64,000 bases of DNA, from positions 179,368,001 through 179,432,000 of the forward strand of contig NC_058368.1 in assembly GCF_018350175.1 (NCBI RefSeq), read 5' to 3'. Source of the stretch: Felis catus. Lineage: Eukaryota. Positions 35,986-48,934 of the stretch are shown here, one piece after another. Both the position numbers and the translations under genes were made by a program. The notes under the pieces were generated by a model, which was given only the letters and a program-made list of their open reading frames with translations, was not told the origin of the DNA and ran no database searches. Position 1 is the stretch's first letter. The number at the start of each line of letters is the position of its first letter.

Positions 35986-37590
35986 ATTAGATAAGCTGGG
36001 GTTTGGACTAGATCATCTCTGAGGGTCTCCTTCCAGCTATGAAGTACTATGATTTTCAAAATCCATCACCAAATGCATTCATCTTTCCAACAGAGAGGTT
36101 TTCTCCACAAATTGGCCAAGATAGGATTTCCCAAGGCTTAAGTGAAATGGTGGGTAAGCAAGCTGAGTGAAACAGATGCCTCCGGGTGCCGACATATCTT
36201 TCTCTGAGTTTAGCAACAGAGCAAAGAGCAATCATCATAATCAGTAAAGAGGTGGATGAGAGAGTAAGTAAGTCCTCTGCCAAATTGCCTTTGTGGATGT
36301 CAGAGCCAGCTTCTCTGAAAACAGCCCTTTATTTAAAACATTACTCCAAGTGGAGCTAGCCCCCACCCCACCCCTTCCCTCTTACTTGGGCCCTCCAACT
36401 TGTCACATATGTGTTCAATTGCTTTCTTAACATCAGTTTGGGTAACCCTGATGTGAGGGAGATGTGAGAGTCAGCCATTAGGTCTGTGAAGCCCTGATGA
36501 AAGCAACTTTAACACATAACCATTTGCTTTGGCAGGAGCTCAGGCCAAGAGCAAAAGTCCTCTTGATGTGTCAAATTATAGATAAACACAAGTTTCAAAA
36601 ACATTTGTGATATAACTGCAAATAAATGCTGGTAACTGGCAGGGTGCTCCGTTTACAAATAGTTTCTGTCAACCAAACAGTAAGAAGATAAACTTGAACA
36701 CGACTGACTTCCCAAACATTTGAAAACACTTTAATAGCAAGACTCTGAGGCTGCAAGTATAAAACAGAATAATAATTAAGGCTTAAAATACCATCCAGCC
36801 AACAGAAAAACTGCACAGGGCTGTGCCTTGGGTTCTGGGGTTTATCATGATGACTTAGTGTCTGATTCCTTGAACCCCTCCCATTTTTTGAAGACCCTCT
36901 GAGATGTCCACGTCCCTGCTTTTGGTTTGGGTTGTCCTATCTTCTTCACGTCCCCAGTCTGAGAAGCATAACCCCTGAGAACTGACTGGAAGAGTTCGTA
37001 CTTAAGAATAGATGGTGCATTTCTTCCCTAGGTGGGGAGTTTTAGGCCTTAATAAAGTAGTTTCATTTTGAAGATTGTTTCTAAAGAGGAAAAGTCAGGA
37101 GGGACACTTGCCCTGTCTGTGAAGCTGTCTGGGGGTATACTTCCCCAGGGGGTATACCCCTGTCTGGGGGTATACTTCCTTCTGCTCATTGGCCACCATG
37201 AGCTTTTATCCATGAGTTCTTCTGATGTGTCAAACACTGTGCTAAACATCAGAATACACTGGCAAGAAAAACTTGGGTGCTGGAGTCTGATCTCTATGAT
37301 ACAGTAAAGCTCTGAAAAGGGAAGCCATAGGTTTAAGTTCAGGTCTGCATTAACACTAAATCTGCCATCTTAGTGCTATATCAGGAGCTTCAGATTCAGT
37401 GCTTGATCAGGTAGCAAAAGAATGAAGCACTCAGGGTGGGCACCATGTCCATTCTGGAAATGTCATGCCCCACGCACAGTAGTTGGTGAGCTCCACCTCT
37501 GGTTAACTCTCTTTGTGCTGGAAGACAGCACAGGTTCCTCTATTTTCAAGACAAGCAGGAAATCTTAACCTTTAAAATGCAAAATTTCCA

Positions 37591-37798
37591 GGGGCGCCTG
37601 TGTGGCTCAGTCGGTTAAGTGTCCAACTTCAGCTCAGATCATGATCTCATGGTTTGTGGGTTTGAGCCCCGCATCCAGCTCTGTGCTAACAGCTCAGAGC
37701 CTGGAGCCTGCTTCGGGTTCTGTGTCCACCTCTCTCTCTCTGCTCGTGTTCTGTCTCTTTCTCTCTCTCTCAAAAGTAAATATTGAAAAAAGATTTTT
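37591..37798 (+). mobile_element. Can-SINE
   Basis: TSD aaatgcaaaatt on both flanks. Confidence 0.96.
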
Positions 37799-38594
37799 AA
37801 ATGCAAAATTCCCTCATGTTAAATATTGATGATTTAGTTTTTAAAATCACTGATCAGGGCAAAACTAAACAAAATCTAGGGTATGTGTCTTCTCAATTTG
37901 TTCATAAATAAGAGAAAAGTCCTATATCTATGGAGTCTGATGGTCTGTGTGGTGATTTACAACCTGCAGTTGGGGAAGAGAGAGGCTGGTGGCAGGGCAC
38001 TGCCCCCCACCTAATTTCAGTCAGTGAAGTGCTGTTTCCACCTGTGTTCCCAGTTGTCATTTGGGTCTTCTTTGCCACCTGAGATCCAAGTTGTATTGCC
38101 TAAAATCCATCAATTTCAAAGTTCAGTACCCTTCCCCAAATTCTGAGAAGTCCTGGAAGTGGGGTGTATATTTTCATGGCTTCCTCTATCTCCCAGGCTA
38201 CCACACCACCCCTTGAAGTGGCACTGTGCCCAAACATGGCACTTGGCCATTTCTTTGCATTCCATAAGTAAGTATCTCAGGCACCCAAGTGTTTGTAGAC
38301 TTTATAACATACATTTTTGGTAGAGGTGGGGGCAAAGTTAGGGAAAGCAGAAGTTTTATTTTGCAGCAAGCCAAATTAACTTCATGTCAAATAGCAGACT
38401 TGAGTGTTTTTAAGATGCCATTTCGTCCGCTCCCTTCCTGCTTCATGTTTGCTACTTGTAGGATCTGGTTAAGTTGTTTAGCCTTTTTGTTCTTCAGAGT
38501 AACTTTTAAAATGAGAACTAATAATATCTACTCACAAGATTGGTATGGGGATGAAATGAGTTAATATAAGAAAAATGATTAGAACAAGGTCAGA

Positions 38595-38642
38595 TGTGTG
38601 TGTGTGAGAGAGAGAGGGAGGGAGGTGGATGGATGGAAAGAT

Positions 38643-38694
<52 letters not shown>
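38595..38694. repeat. Compound microsatellite ending in about 13 perfect GATA units
   Basis: Directly visible: (GT)n(GA)n(GGAG)(GGAT)(GATA)n. Confidence 0.95.
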
Positions 38695-38697
<3 letters not shown>

Positions 38698-40938
38698 TCT
38701 CTATTATATTACATTCTATTCAATTCTATATATAAAATAAGGTTATTATTATTTTAATTTCTAGTTCCTTTCACTCCTCCATTCTTTTCTCTCCTCACTG
38801 ACCTCTCCTTTTCCCATTCAGGAATAACAGCTAAAAATTTGGCTATGACTCTTCTCTATTTTCACCCAGAATAGTTTGTCTTCTTTCTCCTCTGAGGTCT
38901 TGGCTCTTGCTGATGTCATATCCCAAGTATGTTTATCAAGGTATTTTCCAAATAATGATAGTTTCCTCCCTAAGAAGGATTAAGATGTCAAATGTCAAGA
39001 TAATAGTTTTTCAACTTGTTATATTTATTATATACACAAAGGGTTCCATATTTTAAAAATAAATATTACAAACACTGGCTAGGTCTTCAGGGTGTTTTCA
39101 GTTTCTAAAATTATGTGATTCCATAGAAATAAAGTTTTCTGGTGGGGTGGGATGCCTCAGTACATGACTCCTCATGATGGATCAGGGAAGGCTGGAGCAC
39201 CCAGCCCGGCAAGATCTCCTCCAGGCACATACCTAGGAGCTTGGAGATACTGTTGGCCCTTGCCTAGGAGTCGAGAATGCTGCAGTGCTAGAAGGTCGGA
39301 ACCCCATCCGATATTCATATAATATGCTTTTCCTCTCACAAAAAAAAATTCATCCCATTACTTTTAGAGTATTTCTAACCTCTTTAATCTACCCAACCTT
39401 CAGATGATCAGTCACACAGATGATATATATGGAGACAGTCTTCTCTCAGTGAAGGCAAAGAATTACAGATTTTATCAATCTCACTTTTATGTATTGATAT
39501 TGGCATGTAGCTAGAATTAGCAAACACAAAATCTCCAAAGATCCATTCATTTCTCATTCTCTAATAAAGCTAATAATCATATATGTATATAATTTTAATT
39601 TATAAATTACATATATATGTATGCTTTATAATTTATATGAAGCATTTTTGCATTTATTACAATACCCATAGAAAATAACAACACCAAAAACAAAACCCTC
39701 CAAGATTGATCTCAGTTTCTAATCTGCATGTGAGTCCTTTTCTTGCTACTATGGCTCAGATAAGAGGATGGCAGTCTGATTTTTAAGCCACTAGTTGCTA
39801 TCCTTGGCATTTGTCAGGTTGAGAAGTTGATTTTGGAAGCACTATAACAGAGATGTTCTATTGTAGGTTCAGGAAAGAGATATTAACAAAGTTAAAGAAA
39901 CAGGAAAGGTGTGTTCTGTAATCTCTTTCTCACGGGTGTGTCATGGCAATTGTAGAGCAGACTTGGCTTTGAGTTTTAGCTCTGACACGAATGTTGTGGT
40001 CTTGGGAAAATGTAAAATTAACCTGTCTCAGTTTATATTCTTCATCTCTAAAATAGGAATGATAATATCTGTCTCAGGAGTCTATGTGATAACACACATA
40101 GCAGCGGTTGCTTCTCCTTTGTGAAACACGTTCTTTTCCTGGTGGCCTCCATCACCATCGCTCTAGCATTTTATTCCTACCTTTCTGGCTCCTCCTTCTC
40201 AGTCTCCTTTTCTTTCCTCTAGGCTAGCTTGAATTGAATGAAGCTCTTCAACATTTGTTTCTAAAAACAATTCTCCCTTGATACTCTTATCCTGGATGAT
40301 TTCACACATACTATATTTATTTTTATTCCACTAGAAAAGATAGCAAGATGGTTTCTCATCACTTCATGGAGCAGAACAAGAGGAAGGGGATATATAGTAA
40401 CATATTGGCATTCCAGGTGGTTTTCAGGTTTGGATTTTTCCAGAAGATACCGCCCGAGGTACAGTAGAGCCTCCCAGGGGAGCAGCTGGAGTGGGCTGGA
40501 ATGGGGTCATGCTCAGCTGCCCAACAAAGCCAACACCCTATATTCATAACAGAAGTATCCTGAAAACATGGAATATTCATGAGACACTAGTAGTGGGTCC
40601 CAAAAATCATTTGGGGGAATTCTGAAGCCTTGCTGCCATGCAGGGGATGGTGGAGGGCACTGAGGTACAAATGTGGTTATACATGGCAACATGGCCATAT
40701 TTGTATCCACAGGCTAGTAAGAACATCAAGAACACCTGTTGCAGATGTAGAATGCCTAACCTACAGTGGGTTCCTAATACATTTTAAATACATTTTAAAT
40801 TATCTGTCTCCCATTTATTTGGATGCAAGAGGCCATAAATCTTGTTTAGAACTAGTCATTTTTGCTCTAATAATTGGATTTTAGATTAAAGATTTCATGG
40901 AATTTTATAGTCAAAAGGGACCTTAAAAGGCCAGGTGA

Positions 40939-41154
40939 GGGGCGCCTGGGTGGCGCAGTCGGTTAAGCGTCCGACTTCAGCCAGGTCACGATCTCTCGTT
41001 CCGGGAGTTCGAGCCCCGTGTCAGGCTCTGGGCTGATGGCTCGGAGCCTGGAGCCTGTTTCCGATTCTGTGTCTCCCTCTCTCTCTGCCCCTCCCCCGTT
41101 CATGCTCTGTCTCTCTGTCCCAAAAATAAATAAACGTTGAAAAAAAAAAAAAAA
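40939..41154 (+). mobile_element. Young cat-type Can-SINE
   Basis: TSD aaaaggccaggtga / aaaagggccaggtga; pure A tail. Confidence 0.98.
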
Positions 41155-41940
41155 GGGCCAGGTGATCCACTTCTTCCAGTGGGATTAAATAAGCTTGAAG
41201 ATTCTTTCAGTATAAAATAAACCATTTAAGGAAAATGAAAACTGGGAATATCCAAAGGACTCAAAAGGAGTTGATGTCTTTAGGCACCTGATTTGGGCTA
41301 ATTCTAACACTTGGGCTAATATATTTTTGGCACAAGCTTCCTGGCAGTGAAGGCAAAGTGGAAACATCTTGGGTTATTTAGTTTTGGTTTTCTGACGATG
41401 GAAAGCATACACATTTTTCTTTAGAGACAAACTTTTTCCTGGAACCAAACTTAGGCATTTATCACATGAGTCACTGTGGGACAGAATGGACAATATCTCC
41501 CTCCATAGCTTCTTATATAATGTGCAGTTTTTCATCTGGATGGTCTCATCTTGACCATTTATGAAATCAAACATTCTAGTCACTGGGAATCCCCTTTCTA
41601 ATACGCTGAGAGAGCCTGAAGTAAACCAAAAAAGGAATCACTTGTGCTGACCTCCTCACCACTATGGAGAAAACCTATGGAGAAAAACTTTGGAAGCAGT
41701 TCTGTTTACAAATAAACTAAAGGTAGTCATATTTTTCATCATCACCATAACTACCTTTTATCAAGCACAAATGCATTTCATAAATATAAGCAAGTTAACT
41801 AAAGCTAATTAGGATTGAATAACTCTTCCAAACTCACATAGCTCATCCTGGTTTCTAACTACATTTGATTGGTGGTGTTTTCTTGAAGCATTGTGTTGAG
41901 GAGAATTCTGAGGTCACATTGTATAATAACGGGAAAGAGA

Positions 41941-42325
41941 GGGGCACCTGAGTGCCTCAGTTGGTTACTCATCCCATTCTTGATTTCAGCTCAGGTCATG
42001 ATCTCATGGTTCTTGATATTGAGCCCTGCGTTGGGCTCTGCACTGACAGTGGAGAGCCTGCTTGGGATTCTCTCTCTCCCTCTCTCTCTTCTCCTCCCTC
42101 ACTCACACACACTCTCTTTCAAAATTACTAAATAAACTAAAAAAAGAGGTTAGAGTGGGAGAGAGCCAAAGCATAAGAGACTGTTAAAAACTGAGAACAA
42201 ACTGAGGGTTGATGGGGGATGGGAGGGAGGGGAGGGTGGGTGATGGGTATTGAGGAGGGCACCTTTTGGGATGAGCACTGGGTATTGTATGGAAACCAAT
42301 TTGACAATAAATTTCATATATTGAA

Positions 42326-42397
<72 letters not shown>

Positions 42398-42482
42398 CAA
42401 AGAAAGAAAAAAAAAGAAAAAAAAAGAAAAAAACCAAAATTACTAAATAAACTAAAACAAATGAACAAACAAACAAGAAAAC
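41941..42482 (+). mobile_element. Can-SINE whose tail is split by an L1 fragment
   Basis: Head ggggcacctgagtgcctcag; outer TSD aacgggaaaga / aatgggaaaga. Confidence 0.93.
42143..42434 (+). mobile_element. Severely 5'-truncated felid L1 (3' UTR only) with (GAAA)n tail
   Basis: Homologous to the 3' UTR at 547-730; 23-bp TSD caaaattactaaataaactaaaa (42120-42142, 42435-42457). Confidence 0.96.
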
Positions 42483-42945
42483 AATGGGAAAGAAAGCCTT
42501 GACCAATTCATGATGTTTGCGTGTGAGAAGGTAGTGAGACATGCTGGCTGTGCATTTGCCATCATTGTGTGATTACATTTCCCACTAGCAAAGCAAATTT
42601 CACATGGTAGTAATTAGCAGATAAATGTGTTACCTATAATTCCTCTAAATTTGTCGGCGGAAATATCCCAAGATGTATGTTACTTCACTGCTTTTCATTA
42701 CATACCACTGGGAACCTCAGTATGCCCAGAAGCTGATATAAACTCATAGGAACCAAACCAAATGAAAATTCCAACCTCATCACCTCCCACCAAAAAACAC
42801 CCAAACCCACACTGCAAATAAGAATTATTTATGTGAATTAAACATATCTACATAATCCAGTTTACAAATGTATTAACTGTTTTTTTTAATCTTATCCCAT
42901 AGCTAGGGAATTGTATGCATGTATGTATGTATGTGTGTATCAGAT

Positions 42946-42946
42946 T

Positions 42947-42997
<51 letters not shown>

Positions 42998-42998
42998 T
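42946..42998. repeat. (TTTA)n microsatellite
   Basis: Directly visible. Confidence 0.95.
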
Positions 42999-43529
42999 TC
43001 AGCTAACTGAAAGAACCCATTAAGAGTTGCAAACTTTACAGGTTCTCTGTGTGACACTTTGAATGATTCAGCAATTGCAGCCTACATGCAGCAGTTGAAA
43101 TGTGTGTCTATATCCTGAAGGGTTGTGGTCCCTCAAAATGAAATACTTATTCCAAGTTTGCTTGAGGCAACTGATTGTTCTGAGTAGGCAGCTGCTGCTT
43201 TTGCCTGCCTAACCTCTCTACATTTGGTAACAGACCATCCATCTCTTCCTTCATCCTCAGAGCATGAAGTTCTGGTAGAACTGACTCTACTTCCTCACCC
43301 TGGCATCATGTTCCCCTGACCAATGAATGATGCAAGGAGGTACATGCTATGAAGTCAGACAAGGTAAGCCCTACCTGTGATTTTGGCTGGAGCTACAAGA
43401 TAAATGCCCTCACTATCCTTGGGTTGCTAGGCTGGTAGAATACACACCCAATAGCTGCAGGTGGACATAGTCCCTGAAAATAAATCTAGCTCCAAAGCAA
43501 GTATCGGTGAATGGAGAAAGAGGGATTCA

Positions 43530-43745
43530 AGGCTTTGAGTATATACACAGAGTTGTGCATCCATAACCACTATCAATTTTAGAACATTTTTATTACCTAG
43601 AAAAGAGCACACTCCTGTTAGCCATCATCCTTAAACCCTCCAAGTACTATCTCTAGTCTAGGCAACCACTAATGTACTTTTTCTCTCCAGATTTGCCTGT
43701 TCTAAACATTGCTTATAAATGGAATAATAAAATATGTGGTCCTTA
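43530..43745 (-). mobile_element. L1MB-like 3' fragment
   Basis: agttgtgcatccataaccactatcaattttagaacatttt...ctaggcaaccactaat...atttgcctgttctaaacatt. Confidence 0.8.
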
Positions 43746-43789
43746 GTTCCCTTTTTAAAAATTTTTCATAGTTCCTTTTACTTCTTCTT

Positions 43790-44020
43790 ACAGTCCTTAT
43801 TAAAACTAAAATTTTAAAACATGTGTTATCATTTGTTTAATGTTTGTCTCTTCCATTATACCATACATTTCCATCAGAGCACAGACTCCATGTGTTTAAT
43901 TCATATTGTACTCCCAATACCAGTGCCTACTCCAATACCTGTGCACTGCAGAATAGACACTTAATAATATTTACTCAATAAATGGATGAATGGATAATAA
44001 ATGGATGGCTGAATGAATAA
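43790..44020 (+). mobile_element. L2 3' end
   Basis: tttgtttaatgtttgtctct...aatatttactcaataaatggatgaatgga. Confidence 0.65.
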
Positions 44021-45489
44021 ATCAGATATCCGCCCTGCTGTCACCACCAAGATTGATCCAGAAATACCAGTCTACTTAGTACAGTGAAAGAGGTTGATCT
44101 GGTTAACTTCAAAACCAGTTCCTCATGTTGGGCAGAAAGAGAAATAAATATCTATTTAACAAGACAGAGTGTGGTTACATATACAGATGTGTAATATTTG
44201 TAAATGAGAAGTGAATTGTTTGTGTATAGGGGTAGAGAAGCGAGAGACTCAGTAAGCTGGAGCTGAGTTAAAGTAAATTATTTACTGCACTAAGCCACAA
44301 TATGGCCACAGCCAACTGGTCACAACTGCTGTTCCTTTTTCTTAAAGGCCTCAGTCTCTGTAAATATACTCTGAGTAATAGGAAAGAAAGCATTCTGTTG
44401 CTCAGAATTTGCTCATGGCATCCTCAATTGTTTAAGGCCTTATTCCGTGAGTATTTAAGTCTGGTTGTTTTCTTCCTGTGCCTGTAACCACACAGGGAGA
44501 GAATGGGATGGGAGAGAAGTCAGAGATGCCTGCTCTGTTCCTTGGACAAGCAGATCTTAGAGTGGGAAGCACACTCCCTTCTTAGATGGCTTCTACACTC
44601 TGAGGCTTGGCAAAGCAGTTGCTGAAAACATTGAACAAAATAAACTACAGAATAGAGAAGGAATGCAGAAAAAGTCATGAAAAACAAATTGGTGATTCAT
44701 AGAGATTGCAGTCTAATGGCTACAAGATTTTCCCGTCTTTGATTTAGAATTTTTCAAGAAATCAGTTGTAGTAGAGTCTCCCTTGATGGTTGGATACGAG
44801 AGGGGATTTTCTAGAAATAATGAGTTTTTGTTTAGGGTATTTAGTTTATTTTTAATAAAGCAAATATTGTTTTTATTCCCTTCTCCACAAGAAATAAAAT
44901 CTCTAAGTAATCCCAGATCCTGCATGCCAGCAGCATAAAGAATACACACACACAGATCATTTCAGAGATGGGATCATTTATTTGTATGTGAGTTGTGAGC
45001 ACTTCAACAATTATATAAAGAGTTATAAGTGGCAGATATGGCAGGTGTATGTGGGGGGGGGGGTGCACACACGCACATGTGCGCCCATGTGTTTTGCCCC
45101 TTCTCTTATGCTGAGCAAATCCTTGATTAGAAATGTAGTGAGATTGATTTCTTGAATTATGATCTTTATTATGATGGTCCACAAGGTTATAATTGATATT
45201 TTAAAAAAGATTTAAGATTCAAATGAATAAGTAACCAGGATAAATTTTGATATTTAATAGTGGGATATTTAATAATATATTTTTTGGAGTATGTACTCCA
45301 AAGGTTAAATGCCCAGCCTAGCTTTGCCCAGTGAAGGGTTATTCACATGCTTACTTGGTGTAATAAATAGGAGGAGCCCTGTAGAGTTTTCTTCCTTGAC
45401 CTTGTCCCCAACCAAATATCTCACACTTTTCTGTAGCTCTTGATGTTAAATTCATCATTCGTTCCTCATTTCTTTCAGATAATTCAGAA

Positions 45490-45880
45490 CCTTATAAATT
45501 CTTCTAATGGTAAAAATCACCTGGGATGCTTGTTAAAATCACAGATTCTAGGTCCCACCCATGGAAGCAGACTTTTCAGACAAATCTCTCTTTTTAATAA
45601 GTATCCTAGGTGATTTTATGATCAGAGGAATTTAGGAATATAAGGTTAATAATAGTTTTCCAGTTTCATTTTAGGATAATAAAGTACTTTCATGAAACCC
45701 TTTCATGAGATTATCATCATGAATTTGTGACAAAAAATATTATTCCTGTTTTACATAAAAGGAAACTAAACTTTTAAAAGGTAAAGTACCCTGATTAAGG
45801 TGATTCAGGGCTGGAACTTGGCTCCAGGCCGTGTGGCTTCTAGTCCAGGCTTTCCCCACCAAGCCCCACTGCCTTTCAGG
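45490..45880. mobile_element. MER5-like MITE followed by a minus-strand MIR
   Basis: aatcacctgggatgcttgttaaaatcacagattctaggtcccaccc; attcctgttttacataaaaggaaactaaa. Confidence 0.7.
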
Positions 45881-46109
45881 GGCTTATGATAATGATGGTG
45901 ATGTTGGTATCCAGCAAGTCTTGTCTGAGCAAAGAAAGGAGAGGAGAGAATTATGACAGAGGCTCTGAGAGCACCTGAAGAGCCTTGAAGGAAGAGAAAT
46001 CCTTTAATAGTTGAAGATGAGAGAAGAGAGTAGATGAACAGTCATGGAAATGTGAATGTCAGTCTATTGTTGGTTAATGAGATGGTGTTGAAAATAGTGG
46101 GACCCTAAG

Positions 46110-46392
46110 AGTTTTGTAAAGTCTCCTCTACAGAACATTTCTTCCTCAAGATACTCCATGAAACGGGGGTTCTTGATTCAAATAAATTTGGAAAATGTAG
46201 TGAACTTTACTCTAGCGAATAGATTCCCAAAGTACATTAACATATTAAAGGTCTGAGAAGTCCAGCAGGAAAACAAAAATTAAAACTTTAAGCCTGCAAT
46301 ATCACAAACTTATTTGACATTGGAACCCTTTCCCCTTCTTTCTATAAAATATACATAAACATCTGACTGAGCCCACTTTGGGAAATGCTGGC
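46110..46392. mobile_element. hAT-Charlie MITE (Charlie4-like)
   Basis: tcaaataaatttggaaaatg...catattaaaggtctgagaagtcc...caaacttatttgac...cactttgggaaatgctg. Confidence 0.65.
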
Positions 46393-47741
46393 CTAAGGCA
46401 TAGATTTGGAGTTGGGAATATATAACTGGGGGTAATTGTAGTATTAACACCCCCAGAGATTGTTGTTGTTGTTTTTTCTAGTGTGTATTTTCTCATTCTG
46501 GAGAGAAACACTACCACACATAAAATAAGTAACAGAATATTTATTGCTATGAAGTTTGTTGATACTTTCTTATTGCTAACACAAAGCAAATGTATGGCAA
46601 GAGAATCAATCAGGAGCTGAGCTAAGCTTTGTGATGGAAAAACATGGTCTCTTTGGACCCCCTGACTCTCTCCAGGCATCTGGATTGGAAGCCCAGTTTA
46701 TCTTCCTTTCTGCCCTCACCAATTTGCCTCTTTGGGAATGAGAGAGTCTAATGATATCTCCTCATGTACATGCTTCCTGCACTTTGTGTTTAACTGTATT
46801 GATTCAGAGGAATTCTGCATTCCAGAAGCCTCTTGGGCTCCAGAACTGCCTAAGCAAGATCTGGGTGGCCTCTGGTCAGAGAGAATAGCAGCAGGAGCAT
46901 AACTACTCAGGCTTGCCAGCTGCATCAGTCTTCCCAATATGAACACCACTCTGGCAAGAATGGAAATGCTATTGACTTGTGGTTGTAAGTTCCATATGTC
47001 AGAGCCCGATGGCACCCAGAGATGCCTTCTTAGCTTAAATGGGTAGTCAGGTAGAGATGGGCATGGTGTGCAACAGTTCAGATAATTGGGATGGGGCTCA
47101 CAAAAAGAGTGGAGGGTTAGGGAAGAAAGATCTTCCTTCTTCATTTTTTTTAAAACTTAGCCTTTATACAGAGAGAGAACCTATTTCATTTGCTTCTGTT
47201 TATATGCTTTGGAGATGATTGATTTCTCAAAACTGTGAACTCTACTGTTATTATTCAAGTAGGCCCTGACCTTGACCTGTCATAGGTCTGACACGGCAAA
47301 AATGGCAGTGGGAAGAGGGTAGAGTGAAGAAGTTTTGCTTAGAAGGATAGTGTTTATATGCATAGAATTTTATGCATTCTCAAGTAATGGTTGATTACCA
47401 TCTCAATGTCCCAGTTGTTTGTTGATGAATGTTTAATGACCAGTTCTCCAAAAAATAATAAAATGTGTGTATATGGGTATATATGTATACACACACACAT
47501 ACATTACTGATAAAAAGGATGTGAAGCATAAAATTTGTAAATAATAATAAAATATACAATATTCTTTATTGTAAATTTCATAAAGCCAATTGATTCTCAC
47601 AGGATTATTCTATACCTTTCATCAAACTCTTTTATCCATAGCCAACTGCAACTGACAAGTACATTTCCAACGTGAATGTTTGTTGATATTTTTATCTATG
47701 TTAGCACATAAGATAAAATTGCAACAATGAAGATATATGTC

Positions 47742-48037
47742 TAAGATTGCCAGATTTGACAAATAAAAATACAGAAGGCTCAGTTAAATTTAAGTTTCAG
47801 ATAAGCAAAAAATAAAATTTTAGTGTAAGTATGTTCTGAACAATAGTTGAGACATACTTAGGCTACAAATATTTTTGTCAGTTTAAATTTAAATTTGACT
47901 AGGCTGCCTGGCTGGCTTAGATGGAAAAGCATGCAACTCTTGACCTCAGGGTTGTGAGTCTGAGCCCCATGTTGGGTATAGGGATTACTAAAATAAATAA
48001 ATTAACTTAACTAGACATCCTGTATTTTACCTAGCAT
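47742..48037. mobile_element. MER53-like palindromic hAT MITE
   Basis: ttgccagatttgacaaataaaaatacag...cagttaaatttaagtttcagata...taagtatg...catactta...tcctgtatttta. Confidence 0.85.
47902..48002 (+). mobile_element. Short, old tRNA-derived carnivore SINE lacking a CT tract
   Basis: ggctgcctggctggcttag...catgcaactcttgacctcagggttgtgagtctgagccccatgttgggtatagggattacta + A tail. Confidence 0.85.
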
Positions 48038-48934
48038 TAAAGAACTTCACTGGTTCTTCAATAACACAAGTGACTTCTTTACTGAATCACAAACTAGGTT
48101 CTGAATACTAGAAAACTATTGCCTCAATTTTTTATGCTACTCATCATGTAATGACTGAAAGGTAATACAGTTTTACTTTTATCATCATTAATGACATTTT
48201 TGTCATCACTCTCTTCAGTAGAAAATCAACAAAACAATAGGCCAAACACTGATTTGTAGCGTTAGCCAATTTCCTTAGTGTCCAAACTCCCACCATAGCC
48301 AGTTTCAACCAACCAACTTGACATCACTGGGTGAGGACTGGAAAGAGATGCACAGGAACACACACTATGGCATTTCCATCATACTAGTACAATAGAACAA
48401 CCTCAGAAACATAGGTAAGGCAACACATTAAAATAGTTAGGAAGTGATGACTTTTTAGTATTCATTACCTTTGTTTTCGAATGTAATTTATGTAGTGGTA
48501 AGTTATTAAAGCTTTGTTTGAACTGGCCCACAGAAGTCTTCACAGTATAACAATTGGCTCTTAAACAAGCTGGTAAAACCACTGCAGTGTACTAAACCTG
48601 TCCAAATCATCCTATACCCAGTCTGTTTTATTAATTAACAAGACCTGCTTGGTTCCTAGAGATGTTTGAGTTTGTGACCTTTGTTAAGTTGTTGAGATTT
48701 TAAAGACAAAAAAAAAATGATACATCCCTTCTCTAGGGAACTTTTAACTGCTCAAGGGAGGACTTAACATTTATTGAGCATCTTCTCTATTTGAGGCACT
48801 GCTCTGTACCACAAATTTAAGATTACAACCTTATAAGATACCATGCTATATAAAAGCTAGAAAGGTAGACGGGGCATGCAGTCTAGACATAAAAATGTCA
48901 CTAACATTGTAAGGTAGAAAGTTAAAAGATGAAG

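Larger units (their letters stand above)
47421..48584 (-). mobile_element. MER63-like hAT element hosting nested insertions
   Basis: ctgatttgtagcgttagccaatttcc...ctcccaccatagccagtttcaa...gacatcactg; ends aaccactg. Confidence 0.75.

Noticed and set aside
42150..42542. Hydrophobic Phe/Leu/Ser-rich 'membrane protein' ORF
   Set aside because: Antisense translation of (GAAA)n and L1 3' UTR.
46716..47144. 142-aa ORF in unique DNA (also the 125-aa ORF at 46302-46679)
   Set aside because: No recognisable domain or supporting gene structure; lengths are compatible with chance, and the second overlaps a MITE.
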